Shown: in pieces, positions 18,973-28,730 of the stretch | Layout of the letters: each line of letters starts with the position of its first letter | Position numbering within the stretch: position 1 is the first letter of the stretch | Translations under genes and position numbers: made by a program | Source of the DNA: Gemmatimonadota bacterium | Lineage (GTDB): Bacteria; Gemmatimonadota; Gemmatimonadetes; Gemmatimonadales; GWC2-71-9 | NCBI GenBank assembly: GCA_036679645.1 | Contig: JAZDCY010000023.1 | Location: forward strand, 1-51,222 | Length of the DNA: 51,222 bases | Direction: 5' to 3' | The notes under the pieces: generated by a model | What the model was told of the DNA's origin: nothing | The model's database searches: none | What the model saw: the letters and a program-made list of their open reading frames with translations, nothing else

Positions 18973-21900
18973 CTACCCCGATAGGTCAGGCCTCTTCGCC
19001 GGTTCCCGTACGACTGCCCGGCGACGCCACATGTAGTACAGCACCGGAATCACGACCAACGTCAGGAAGGTGGACGTCACCATCCCGCCAATCATGGGGG
19101 CCGCGATTCGCTGCATCACCAACGCCCCGGCCCCGTGCGCCCACATGATTGGAACCAGACCTGCCATGATCGCGACCACGGTCATGAGCTTTGGTCTCAC
19201 TCGCGTGACCGCCCCGTGCTCGATCGCCGCCACTAGATCGTCGTGGGTTACGTCGCCACGTCGCGTTGCAGTGTCCCACGCCTGATCGAGATACAAGAGC
19301 ATGATGACACCCGTCTGCGCTGCAACGCCGGCCAGGGCAATAAATCCCACCGCAACCGCAACGGACAGATTGTAGCCAAGCAGCCACATCAGCCAAATGC
19401 CGCCCACCAGGGCGAACGGGAGTGAGAGCATCACGATGCCCACCTCAACGAGATTCATGAAGTTGAAGTAGAGCAGCAGCGCAATGATGCCGAGCGTGAT
19501 GGGTACGACGACCAGGAGCCGACTCTTCACACGCTGGATCGCCTCGTACTGGCCGCTCCACTGCAAGCGATATCCCGACGGGAGCGTGATCTCCCGGTCC
19601 ACGATTGCACGCGCCTCGCTGACATAGCCGCCCACGTCGCGACCGCGAACGTCGATGAAGACCGTGCCCACAAGCTGGCCATTCTCGCTCTTGATCATCG
19701 GCGCTCCGGCACTGAACGACACGGAAGCGAGTTGCGTGAGCGGTACCTGCGCGCCCGCAGGAGTGCTGACCAGCACTTGTCCCAATCGCGCCGGATCGTC
19801 CCGAAAACTACGCGCATAGCGGACCTGCACGGGGTAGCGCTCGCGCCCCTCAACCGTGTTGGTAACGTTCATGCCACCCAGTACCGAGCCGATCACGCGT
19901 TGCACGTCGCCAACCGGCAACCCGTACCGTGCAATCGCCTCGCGGTCCGGCTGGATGTCTATGTACCGGCCGCCGAATGAGCGCTCGGCATAGATGCTCG
20001 CCGTACCCACGAGGGGTGCGAGGAGTCGTTCGATCTCACCGCCGATGCGCTCGATGGTCGCAAGATCGGGTCCGAACACTCTGACACCGAGGGTCGTGCG
20101 GATCCCCGTGGACAGCATGTCCGTGCGGTTCTTGATGGGCATGGTCCAACTGTTGACGAGCCCTATGAACTGGAGCTCGCGATCCATCTTCGCAATCAGC
20201 TCATCCTGCGAGAGCGGTTCCGGCCATTCCGCACGATCCCGCAGGTTGACGATCGTTTCTACCATCGATATCGGCGCGGGATCAGTTGCACTCCTCGCGC
20301 GCCCGACTTTCCCCCACACCGACTCAACCTCGGGGAACGTCATGAGAATACTGTCCTGTTTTTGGAGCAGCCGGCTCTGTTGGGCGATCGACACCCCGGG
20401 GATGGAATTCGGCATGTACATCAGCGACCCCTCATCCAGGGGCGGCATGAACTCACTGCCCAACCGCGTCAGCGGCCAGAACGCCCCACCGAGGATTACG
20501 ACAGAACCGACGAGTACGAGTGCGCGATGGCGCAGCGCCCACACCAGGACGGGCCTGTAAAGTCGTATCGCCAGCCGGCTCACCGGGTTCTCGGATTCGG
20601 GACGAATGCGCCCTCTGATGAACAAACCCATCATCACCGGCACTGCCGTCACCGATAGCAGCGCCGCCGCCGCCATCGCGAAGGTTTTCGTGAACGCGAG
20701 CGGACGAAACAGCCGGCCCTCCTCTGCGTGGAGGGCGAAGATCGGAATGAACGACAGTGTGATGATGAGAAGGGAAATGAACAGCGCCGGCCCAACCTCT
20801 CGTGCCGCCACTACCACGAGTTCCCACCGCGGGCGATCCGGGTCGTGCTCGACGTGCTTGTGCAGATTCTCGATCATTACGATCGCTGCGTCGATCATGG
20901 CCCCGATAGCGATCGCGATCCCACCCAGCGACATGATATTCGCGTTGACGCCCATCCATCGCGTTGCCGCGAGCGCCATCAAGACGCCCAAGGGCAATGT
21001 GGCAATCGCGACCATGGCGCTCCGTGCATGGAGCAGAAAAATCAGGCACACCAGTGCGACGATGACGGATTCCTCGATCAGCGTCCGCCAGAGGGTACGC
21101 GTCGCGCCGAGAATCAACCGTGACCGGTCGTATGTCGTGACGATCTCGACGCCCTGCGGCAGGCCTGGCTCCAGCTCGGCCAGTTTCGCTTTGACGGCCT
21201 TGATGACCTTCAGCGCGTTTTCGCCGTACCGCATGACCACCACGCCGCCGACCGCTTCGCCCTCACCGTTCCACTCCGCCACACCAAGACGCAGGTCTGG
21301 ACCGATCGTTACCGTCGCAACATCTCGCACGCGTACTGGGATCCCGACGACCCCTCCACCGACCGCGAGACTCGCGATATCGCTGACACCAGTCAGGTAC
21401 CCAAACCCGCGGACCATGTAGTCACTACCGGCAACCTCGATCGTGCGGCCTCCGACATCGGCATTCGATTCGCGAATGGCCCGTGTCACGGCGTCGGCCG
21501 TCACGCTGAATGCCAACAGCTTGGCCGGATCGAGTAGGACCTGGTACTGCTTCACGTATCCCCCGACACTCGCGATCTCGGCGATGCCCGGGACGCTCTG
21601 CAACTCGAAGCGCAGGTACCAGTCCTGAAGAGTGCGCAACTCGGCCAGACTATGTCGATCGCTCCGCAGCGCATACTGGTAGACCCACCCTACACCGGTC
21701 GCGTCTGGTCCAAGCTGCGGACGCACCCCGGGCGGCAGGTCGGTAGCGGCTGAATTGAGATACTCGAGAACGCGGCTCCGAGCCCAGTAGAGATCTGTGC
21801 CCTCGTCGAACAGAACGTAGATGAACGACATCCCGAACATCGACTGGCCGCGCACGACCCCCGCCTTGGGAACCGCCAGTAGTGCAGTGACCAGCGGATA

Positions 21901-22098
21901 CGTCACTTGATCTTCGATGACCTGCGGCGCCTGGCCGGGGAACTCCGTGAAGACGATAACCTGCACATCGGAGAGGTCCGGGATGGCATCGACCGGCATC
22001 GTACGAACGATCCAGATCCCGCCCGCTAGGACCCCCAGAACCGCCAAAGCCGTAAGACCACGCCAGCGGACGCACGTCTCGATGATTCGCGCAATCAT
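18973..22098 (-). CDS. cusA: CusA/SilA heavy-metal RND pump
   Basis: DAIPDLSDVQV, GPDATGVGWVY, AMIDAAIV; Met triad YMP/SMVET/DMLSTG. Confidence 0.92.
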   Translation of the reverse strand: MIARIIETCVRWRGLTALAVLGVLAGGIWIVRTMPVDAIPDLSDVQVIVFTEFPGQAPQVIEDQVTYPLVTALLAVPKAGVVRGQSMFGMSFIYVLFDEGTDLYWARSRVLEYLNSAATDLPPGVRPQLGPDATGVGWVYQYALRSDRHSLAELRTLQDWYLRFELQSVPGIAEIASVGGYVKQYQVLLDPAKLLAFSVTADAVTRAIRESNADVGGRTIEVAGSDYMVRGFGYLTGVSDIASLAVGGGVVGIPVRVRDVATVTIGPDLRLGVAEWNGEGEAVGGVVVMRYGENALKVIKAVKAKLAELEPGLPQGVEIVTTYDRSRLILGATRTLWRTLIEESVIVALVCLIFLLHARSAMVAIATLPLGVLMALAATRWMGVNANIMSLGGIAIAIGAMIDAAIVMIENLHKHVEHDPDRPRWELVVVAAREVGPALFISLLIITLSFIPIFALHAEEGRLFRPLAFTKTFAMAAAALLSVTAVPVMMGLFIRGRIRPESENPVSRLAIRLYRPVLVWALRHRALVLVGSVVILGGAFWPLTRLGSEFMPPLDEGSLMYMPNSIPGVSIAQQSRLLQKQDSILMTFPEVESVWGKVGRARSATDPAPISMVETIVNLRDRAEWPEPLSQDELIAKMDRELQFIGLVNSWTMPIKNRTDMLSTGIRTTLGVRVFGPDLATIERIGGEIERLLAPLVGTASIYAERSFGGRYIDIQPDREAIARYGLPVGDVQRVIGSVLGGMNVTNTVEGRERYPVQVRYARSFRDDPARLGQVLVSTPAGAQVPLTQLASVSFSAGAPMIKSENGQLVGTVFIDVRGRDVGGYVSEARAIVDREITLPSGYRLQWSGQYEAIQRVKSRLLVVVPITLGIIALLLYFNFMNLVEVGIVMLSLPFALVGGIWLMWLLGYNLSVAVAVGFIALAGVAAQTGVIMLLYLDQAWDTATRRGDVTHDDLVAAIEHGAVTRVRPKLMTVVAIMAGLVPIMWAHGAGALVMQRIAAPMIGGMVTSTFLTLVVIPVLYYMWRRRAVVREPAKRPDLSG

Positions 22099-23333
22099 CG
22101 CTCGTTCCCCCCGTTCACTGGCACCCCGGACGTCGACGAATCCTTCATGCCCTGTCCCGTGTCCATTCCCGGCATCGGTGCGCCCGACATATCTCCCATG
22201 TCCATTCCACCCATGTCGAGGCCCATGCCCATGTCGAGCATGATGCCCGCCATGGCGGCGGCGAGGCTCGATTCCGAATCGAACAGGAAGGTCGCCGAGG
22301 ACACGACGGTGTCACCGACCGCCAGGCCCTGGGCAACGAGCAGCGTCGAGTCTCCGCGGACTCCAACGACCACATCAGTCGGCACTACGCCACCGTCGCG
22401 GAGGACGAACGCGAGGTCGCGTTCGCCGGTTGGGAGCACCGCCGTCAGAGGAACCACCACCCCCACCCCCGGCGCTCCCACCGTCCGGATGCGCGCCGTG
22501 CCGTACATCATCAGCTTGATCGCGAGACGGCGGTTGGGAATCTCGATGCGCACGCGCAGGGTGCGCGTTTGCATGTCGAGCGTGGGGTGTACGAATGTCA
22601 CGCGGCCCTCGAAGGTCCTGCCGGGCAATGCATCGAACGTGAGCGCCGCATGTTGACCGACTCGGACGAGCGGGATGTCGGTCTCGAAGATCGCCGGCTC
22701 GACCCATACGGTAGAGAGATCCGCCAGCTCAAACAGATTGTCGCCCGCACGGATCATCTGCCCCTCGATCACGTTCTTCTCGAGCACGTGTCCCGTGAAC
22801 GGCGACGAAATCGTGAGCGTGCGCCGGACCACGCCCGTCTGCTCGACCTCCGCGATGACGTCCTCGGGAATCGCCCACAACGCGAGCCGGCGGCGGGTCG
22901 CGGAGACAACCGAGTCACCGCCCGGCGTGCCCGCGAGCCGCCGAGCCAACAACAGTTCCTCCTGAGCGGTAACGAGATCGGGGGCGTACAGCTCGAATAG
23001 CGGATCGCCAATCTCGACATACCGCCCCGTCTCGTTGACGTAGAGTCGTTCGATCCATCCCGTGACCCGGGCGTTTACGACGCTCAACCCGCGTTCGTTG
23101 GGCACGACCATCGCCACCGCGCGGACGGTGCGCTCGATCGGTGCTTCCCGCGCGATCGCGAACGTTACACCGGCAAGCATAGCCTGCCGCTGACTGATGC
23201 GGATCGGGGCGTCCGTGCTCGTGTCCACCCCGCCCATCTGCACTCCCTTCTCTGGAACGGCATCTTCGTTTCCTTGGGAGCCGCTGCACCCGACCGCGCC
23301 GGCCATCACAAGTACGAAAGTCACTCGCCTCAT
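22095..23333 (-). CDS. cusB: CusB-like periplasmic adaptor with Met-rich tail
   Basis: Lipobox AVGC; GWIERLYV, YAPDL..AQEE, FLFDSES; MDMGMG..MDMGDM tail. Confidence 0.88.
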   Translation of the reverse strand: MRRVTFVLVMAGAVGCSGSQGNEDAVPEKGVQMGGVDTSTDAPIRISQRQAMLAGVTFAIAREAPIERTVRAVAMVVPNERGLSVVNARVTGWIERLYVNETGRYVEIGDPLFELYAPDLVTAQEELLLARRLAGTPGGDSVVSATRRRLALWAIPEDVIAEVEQTGVVRRTLTISSPFTGHVLEKNVIEGQMIRAGDNLFELADLSTVWVEPAIFETDIPLVRVGQHAALTFDALPGRTFEGRVTFVHPTLDMQTRTLRVRIEIPNRRLAIKLMMYGTARIRTVGAPGVGVVVPLTAVLPTGERDLAFVLRDGGVVPTDVVVGVRGDSTLLVAQGLAVGDTVVSSATFLFDSESSLAAAMAGIMLDMGMGLDMGGMDMGDMSGAPMPGMDTGQGMKDSSTSGVPVNGGNER

Positions 23334-24613
23334 CGGTACCACTCCTCTCCAACCAGCGCCCCCAGTCGTGCACGCGCTGCTGCATAGTCCGCGACCAAAC
23401 GCGCTAGCCGAAGCTGCGCGTCGAACAGTTCGTCCTGTGTGTCCAGTACCGTGGTGAACGACACGGCTCCCACGCGATACCGCTGAAGCGCTGACGCGCT
23501 CGCGGCATCCGCTAGCGGGAGAATCTCCTCGTCGGTCTGTTGGATGCGATCACGCAACGCGCGCAGGGCGGCAAGCGACGACAGCAGCTCCCCCGTGTGC
23601 CGCGCAAGAAGGTCCTCGTATCGTAGCCGCGCGTCATCCACATCCAGTCGAGCCGCTCGTGCAGCGGGTGCCTGCTTCCTGCCTGACCACAGCGGCACCG
23701 AGATCCCGACCAGCGCCGTGAGGAACGGCTCCCGCCCGCCGAACCGAATGCCGTTCTCGACCGACACCGTAAAGTCGGGGCGGCCCGCGATCGCGAAAAC
23801 GCGCGCGCGGCGCGCGGCTCGCTCGACCGCGGCGGCAGCGACCGCCAATGCGGGACTCGTCATCGCGAGTTGCTGAAGAAGGATCGAGTCAGGAGTATAC
23901 GTGTCCGTCACGACGCCGAGTGCTACGCCACCATCGGTACGTAGTAGCGTTGCTCGTGTGAGCTCGGCAGAGCCACCACGCAGCGCATCCATTTCGGCTA
24001 GAGCACCGGCCGCATCAGCCTCGAGTTGGCGGCGCCGTTCTTCCAGTTGAGCGCGCCGCAATCGGGCACGTAAGAGGTCGGTCTGCGGTACGGCTCCGGT
24101 CTCGTATCGGGCTTGCGTCACGCGCACCGACTGATCGGCGAGTGCTATTCGAGCATCCCATAAGCGCAGCGCGGTTTCCACCTCGGCGAGGGCGTAGTAG
24201 GCGCTGACCGCCATCGCGACGAGGTCCGCTTCGACAGCGCCGACGACCTCTGCCCCGAGCACACTATCCGCGCGCGCAACGGCGGTGGCTGCACGTTGTT
24301 TTCCCGGGAAGGGGAACGATTGCCGGATACCAATCGGAATCCGGGTCATCCTCTCCGCCGTGAAGGCAAAGGATGGAATCGGTGTTGCGATTACACCGGT
24401 CGTGAATGTCGGATCGGGAAGAGCCCCGGCGGGAGCAATCCGTTCGGTTGCAGCCGCGAGCCGTGATCCCGCCGCTTGGTACGCGGCGTTACCCGCGAGC
24501 ACCTGGTGCACGTAGTCACGCAGCCCCGGCATATCGAACACCGCACTCGGTGTCTGAGCGATCGATGCACGCGGCACAACTATGGCTGCCACGAGCCACC
24601 ATACATGTCTCAT
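23330..24613 (-). CDS. cusC: TolC/CusC outer-membrane efflux protein
   Basis: GALPDP, QSFPFPGK, ISVPLW; upstream of cusBA. Confidence 0.82.
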   Translation of the reverse strand: MRHVWWLVAAIVVPRASIAQTPSAVFDMPGLRDYVHQVLAGNAAYQAAGSRLAAATERIAPAGALPDPTFTTGVIATPIPSFAFTAERMTRIPIGIRQSFPFPGKQRAATAVARADSVLGAEVVGAVEADLVAMAVSAYYALAEVETALRLWDARIALADQSVRVTQARYETGAVPQTDLLRARLRRAQLEERRRQLEADAAGALAEMDALRGGSAELTRATLLRTDGGVALGVVTDTYTPDSILLQQLAMTSPALAVAAAAVERAARRARVFAIAGRPDFTVSVENGIRFGGREPFLTALVGISVPLWSGRKQAPAARAARLDVDDARLRYEDLLARHTGELLSSLAALRALRDRIQQTDEEILPLADAASASALQRYRVGAVSFTTVLDTQDELFDAQLRLARLVADYAAARARLGALVGEEWYR

Positions 24614-24711
24614 GTACGAAGTACCTCTCTCACGCGATCAATCGATCGCGCGACTGACGTTGCACGCACGACGCGATGCGCCGTGCCTGGACACACTACG
24701 CCTGTGAGAGG

Positions 24712-25035
24712 TTAGGCTTGCGGGGGGGGAGTGAGCGGCGAACGGGGATCCCTAATAACTGACCGCACAGGCCCCACCACAACGACCGATACGACAGTTC
24801 GCTGATAGGAAACGGCGTCAACATCCACTGCGGGTGCCACAGGAGCCGTCGCACATCCTGCGAAGTTACACATCAGCGGACCACCTGGGCCGTCTACAGA
24901 GACCGTTGCATGACGCGTCACCATCTCTTCGACGGTCATGGTCGGATTGACAACGGTACACACCATGGGGGCCGCGTAAGGAAGCGTGAGTACCCCAGCG
25001 AGAATGGCAATGGGAAGCAGTCGTGCGATGCGCAT
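24712..25035 (-). CDS. Putative leader peptide upstream of cusCBA
   Basis: Signal-like N-terminus, MVC, MCNFAGC, C-terminal PLTPPPQA. Confidence 0.5.
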   Translation of the reverse strand: MRIARLLPIAILAGVLTLPYAAPMVCTVVNPTMTVEEMVTRHATVSVDGPGGPLMCNFAGCATAPVAPAVDVDAVSYQRTVVSVVVVGPVRSVIRDPRSPLTPPPQA

Positions 25036-25090
25036 GAGTGGTGTAAAGTACTTAACGTGTCGAGGTCCGTAAGGTTCCCGACGGCGCCCG

Positions 25091-26005
25091 TTACATATGG
25101 GTCTCGATAGACAGGATCACCGCATAGTCCAGCTCCGGCTGGTTTCCTCGCAACCGGTGTAGCACCGGGAGCTTGATGCCGCCCTTGAGCGCCCAGTTCC
25201 GGTATGTGAGCCAGAAGCCGGGGGAGACCGCCAGGATCGTTCCACCGCTCGCTGACTGCGCCACGCCGTCCACGACGGCGCGCGCCGCGGTCACTCCGTT
25301 GAACTCGACGAGGAGCAGCGGATCGATTCCCCTAAAGGTGGGGATCCACGGGCGTACCCCAACTGCGGCATCATAGCGGTACTCGTTGCCGAGCTGCCGG
25401 CCAAACGCTTCGCCGTTGACCCGAACCAATCCGGATAGCCACAGATACGAGCGCAGGCCGTCACGAGAAACCGTGGCCCCAGCGAGAAAGTCGGTCGACC
25501 CGGAGCCCAGCGGGGGATCGCCCGACGCTTCCGCGAGTGGGACCTTCACGCCCCCGATCACCGCAGCGTGATATTGCGTCCGGCCACTGAACGAATGAAA
25601 GAACCGCCACTTGGCGCGGATCACGGCATCGCCTAGCCCGGTTGCGTCGCGATCGATCTGTGCGCCACCGGGCACCAGCCCTCGCCTCGTCCGGCGCTGC
25701 ACCAACGGAAACGCCAAGGCTAGATTCACGTCCTGCGTGATTCCGTAGATCAACTCTCCGTGCAGTCCTCTGCCGCGTTCCTCGAGGGCCCCGGTACGCT
25801 GTGTGAACTGGCCTTCGAGTGCAACGCCGACCCCCCCGCGCCAGATCGTCTGCGGTCCGAGACCAAAAATCGGGTTGTGCCGCAGCTGGTCTGGACCCCG
25901 GGACGAACCCGACGCGCCCTGCGCGCCGCCCGTGGTCGGGACAAGCGCGACGAGCGCGGCGGAGAGTATGAGTGAACGACCGGAGTTTCTACGTATCTGT
26001 CGCAC
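25091..26005 (-). CDS. Outer-membrane beta-barrel transporter
   Basis: Signal peptide; HNPIFG, GLGD..AKWRF, LGSGSTD, SGG..VSPG. Confidence 0.7.
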   Translation of the reverse strand: MRQIRRNSGRSLILSAALVALVPTTGGAQGASGSSRGPDQLRHNPIFGLGPQTIWRGGVGVALEGQFTQRTGALEERGRGLHGELIYGITQDVNLALAFPLVQRRTRRGLVPGGAQIDRDATGLGDAVIRAKWRFFHSFSGRTQYHAAVIGGVKVPLAEASGDPPLGSGSTDFLAGATVSRDGLRSYLWLSGLVRVNGEAFGRQLGNEYRYDAAVGVRPWIPTFRGIDPLLLVEFNGVTAARAVVDGVAQSASGGTILAVSPGFWLTYRNWALKGGIKLPVLHRLRGNQPELDYAVILSIETHM

Positions 26006-26354
26006 GTTCGAACGCCGTGTACTCAGACTCGTAGTTGCGCGCGATCTTGGCGACCTCGAACCCCGCGTCCTTCACCGCCTCGATGATTCGCTCGTTGGGA
26101 GCATCGGCGTCATCGCGCAGTGTGAGCGTTGCGATGCCCGTTTCCAATACGACCTCGATGTCTTCAACGCCTTCGATGCGCTTGAGCTTCTGTTCTACAC
26201 CGTAGGCGCAAAACGGGCAGCTCATTCCGAGAATCGTCACTTCAATCTGCCGCGTCGAATCCTCCTGGACGGCGGATTCCTGTTGGGCCGACAGTGCCGG
26301 CGCAGTGGCGCCGAACGCGAAAGCCAACAAGAGTGTGGTGCCAAACGCTTTCAT
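25989..26354 (-). CDS. Exported HMA (MerP/CopZ-like) metal chaperone
   Basis: GGGAGG RBS, ATG 26354, signal peptide, ILGMSCPFC..IEGV..AVKDAGF. Confidence 0.85.
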   Translation of the reverse strand: MKAFGTTLLLAFAFGATAPALSAQQESAVQEDSTRQIEVTILGMSCPFCAYGVEQKLKRIEGVEDIEVVLETGIATLTLRDDADAPNERIIEAVKDAGFEVAKIARNYESEYTAFERATDT

Positions 26355-26386
26355 GATGTTCCTCCCTTTAGTGAACGGCTGAGTCT

Positions 26387-27445
26387 TCACATCCCCGACA
26401 TTGGCTGGAACCAGTGATGAAACCACGGTACGTCGTTGGGCCAGAGTGTCGAGTGTGTAACGCTCTCGAACGCGTCCCGCAGACCCACGACGCCAGCCAG
26501 CCAGTCCAGTCCCCACCACCACGCGGTCGCCGTCAACGCGCCGACGATGATGGCGACGAGTAACCAGACGAGTACCCTCTTGCTCAACTCGACGCCAAGC
26601 AGACCGACGTACCGGGGAAGCGCAAACGGCATGATCAGCGTTCCCAGGTAGAAGGCCGACAGTCCGGCATTGGTGACGAACTCCGCCTTCCACAATCCAG
26701 CCGCGATAACCGCGTTTCCGGCGAGCGGAGCGCCCGTCACATACGCCAGCAGCAGGCCGACCCCGGCGTTCCCGAGTTGCACCAGCGGTCCCTTCGTCCC
26801 CTGGAGCGACACGTATCCCGATGACTGCCCGAGCGTAAGGAAGAACCCGATCCCCACCAGACCGAACAGCAACGGCCACCAGAGCGAGTAGACCTGGCCC
26901 CCGAGCGACAGACCCACACGTGCCCACACCGGTCCCGGTCTTCCGATGGGCGGGTGGTCGCCTCCCGCCGCAATCTTCTGCTGTGCCGACTCCCGAGCCG
27001 TGTCCCACAGCCCATCCGGTATGCGGCGCACGCCATACATCAGGACAGCGAGCACAGCAGCCACCGCCACGAACTGGCCGATCACCGGCTGCGGCCCGTC
27101 CAGCTCGACGATGAAGAACAGCACCCACACGAACAGGGCTTGCGCAGAAACCAGATACGCCATCACGCCGGCGGGTGCCACCCCGTGCGCGAGCAGTTCT
27201 CTCGCCTGCCGGAAGATCCGGCCGCGGCTCGGCGGGCTCAAAACGCCGAGCAGTGCCGCCATCCAGACCGTGCGCCACCCGTCGTCTCGATGGTCGAGCA
27301 GCCGGCGGCGCCAGATGGCGAACACGAACGATTCGCTGATGACGGTGACCACTACGGCCGACACCCACACCCACCACAGCATGATGAGCAAGTGGCGACC
27401 AGTGAACGTAGCCCACTGCTGCATGCTCTCTATGAAAGGCGGCAT
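26387..27445 (-). CDS. ArsP/DUF318-like permease lacking the Cys motifs
   Basis: Two-repeat multi-TM layout: AALLGVLSP..L..HGVAPAGVMAYLVS and GLSAFYLG. Confidence 0.55.
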   Translation of the reverse strand: MPPFIESMQQWATFTGRHLLIMLWWVWVSAVVVTVISESFVFAIWRRRLLDHRDDGWRTVWMAALLGVLSPPSRGRIFRQARELLAHGVAPAGVMAYLVSAQALFVWVLFFIVELDGPQPVIGQFVAVAAVLAVLMYGVRRIPDGLWDTARESAQQKIAAGGDHPPIGRPGPVWARVGLSLGGQVYSLWWPLLFGLVGIGFFLTLGQSSGYVSLQGTKGPLVQLGNAGVGLLLAYVTGAPLAGNAVIAAGLWKAEFVTNAGLSAFYLGTLIMPFALPRYVGLLGVELSKRVLVWLLVAIIVGALTATAWWWGLDWLAGVVGLRDAFESVTHSTLWPNDVPWFHHWFQPMSGM

Positions 27446-27480
27446 TGTATTCTCTCGTTATATCTCGGTCATTGTTCGCG

Positions 27481-28461
27481 TCATGATCGAAAGAGCGAAA
27501 ACCGGAATCGGGTTCCCAGCTGAAACCGGGTGTCGTATTCCAACTGGGTTCCGTTGAGGTCCTGTACGATTGGAAACTGGACGGATCCTTCGAACAGCAG
27601 CCACGGGGTAGGGATCCACTGGATATCCGGACTCAGGAACAGCACGTGACCACCGGAATCGGGATTGGGTGTGCCGGCGATTTCATCTCGCCTCGCCACC
27701 TCGCCATTCAGTTCTACGTAGACAATGAGCGATTTGTCTCTAAGAGTCTTGTAGACCCACGGCGCGAGGCGGAAACCCAACGCCACGTCATAACTGAAGA
27801 CGTTGCCCGCGTCGATACCGTCGTCGCTGGTGTTGATTCGGTAGCCAGTGTTGGCGATAAGCCCGAAGCGGTCGCGCGTCATCGTGAACAACGCCTTGAA
27901 AGGAAAATCCCAGGAGCCGGAACCCACTTGCAGCGGTCGGGGGGCGAGGGTCCCGTCAGGCATGGTGGCTCCCGTCCCACCTAGAGGAATCTTGACTCCG
28001 CCTTGAATCCCCAAACGCGTGGTTCCCTTCAACTGGTTGTTGCTGAAGAAGATCCACTTGGTGTCTACGAGCACGTCGCCGACCCCGCTGGTCGTATAAT
28101 TCCCTCGCGCGCCGCCAGGTGCGGTGAAGTCCATGGACTTGCGCACGAACGGGACGACGACACGCGTGGTCCACATCGGCGTGATCGCGTAGGGAAGGAC
28201 GCCGACCGGCTGCACGAATACGTCGATATCGCGTTGCATCGGATCAGTGATTCCCGCGCCATCGCGCCGCAGACCACCTCGGCCGAAGAACGAAGAGAAC
28301 GTGCGCGCGGCGGATTCTTCGAAGCCGGTTGTGATGGCGGTCGCGGTGTGGAACGGCAGTGCCTGCGCCGATAGCATCGTTGGCACGAAGACACCGGCCA
28401 TCATCAATGCCGCGGCGCAAGCCAGCGCACTCCCGTGCTTACCGTTCGACGTCCACTTCAT
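27481..28461 (-). CDS. Outer-membrane beta-barrel transporter
   Basis: Signal peptide; SGVGDV..KW, LQVGSGSWD, DSGGHVLFLSP. Confidence 0.72.
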   Translation of the reverse strand: MKWTSNGKHGSALACAAALMMAGVFVPTMLSAQALPFHTATAITTGFEESAARTFSSFFGRGGLRRDGAGITDPMQRDIDVFVQPVGVLPYAITPMWTTRVVVPFVRKSMDFTAPGGARGNYTTSGVGDVLVDTKWIFFSNNQLKGTTRLGIQGGVKIPLGGTGATMPDGTLAPRPLQVGSGSWDFPFKALFTMTRDRFGLIANTGYRINTSDDGIDAGNVFSYDVALGFRLAPWVYKTLRDKSLIVYVELNGEVARRDEIAGTPNPDSGGHVLFLSPDIQWIPTPWLLFEGSVQFPIVQDLNGTQLEYDTRFQLGTRFRFSLFRS

Positions 28462-28589
28462 CTCTAGATCCGCTCAACTCCGGCCAATCCCAGCCCCGCG
28501 AACGCCGTGCATAGCGCTCGGCTCCAAGTTCACGCCAGGTATGCGCCCCCCATCCGTGTCGCCGAGCACGCGGGGTCGGTTCGTGTCGT

Positions 28590-28621
28590 AGCCTACCGCC
28601 CGTACCCGGGTCCGGAGTCAA
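28590..28621 (-). promoter_or_regulatory. MerR-type promoter/operator 2 (leftward)
   Basis: Minus strand TTGACT-CCGGACCCGGGTACGGGCGG(20)-TAGGCT, resembling the Tn21/Tn501 merT promoter. Confidence 0.8.
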
Positions 28622-28635
28622 GCGCCCTTGCACCC

Positions 28636-28667
28636 TTGACCCCGTACCTAGGTCCGGGGTCTAGGTT
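28636..28667 (+). promoter_or_regulatory. MerR-type promoter/operator 3 (rightward, merB operon)
   Basis: TTGACC-N20-TAGGTT with dyad GACCCCG-TACCTAGGTC-CGGGGTC. Confidence 0.8.
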
Positions 28668-28730
28668 GCATTCTGCCGGTCTGTCTCGAGCGTGGAACTC
28701 GACCACGCGTAACGCATAAGGAGCACGTTC

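Noticed and set aside
25989..27416. 475-aa minus-strand ORF
   Set aside because: Only the last 121 aa (HMA protein with its own RBS) look real; the rest overlaps the permease in another frame
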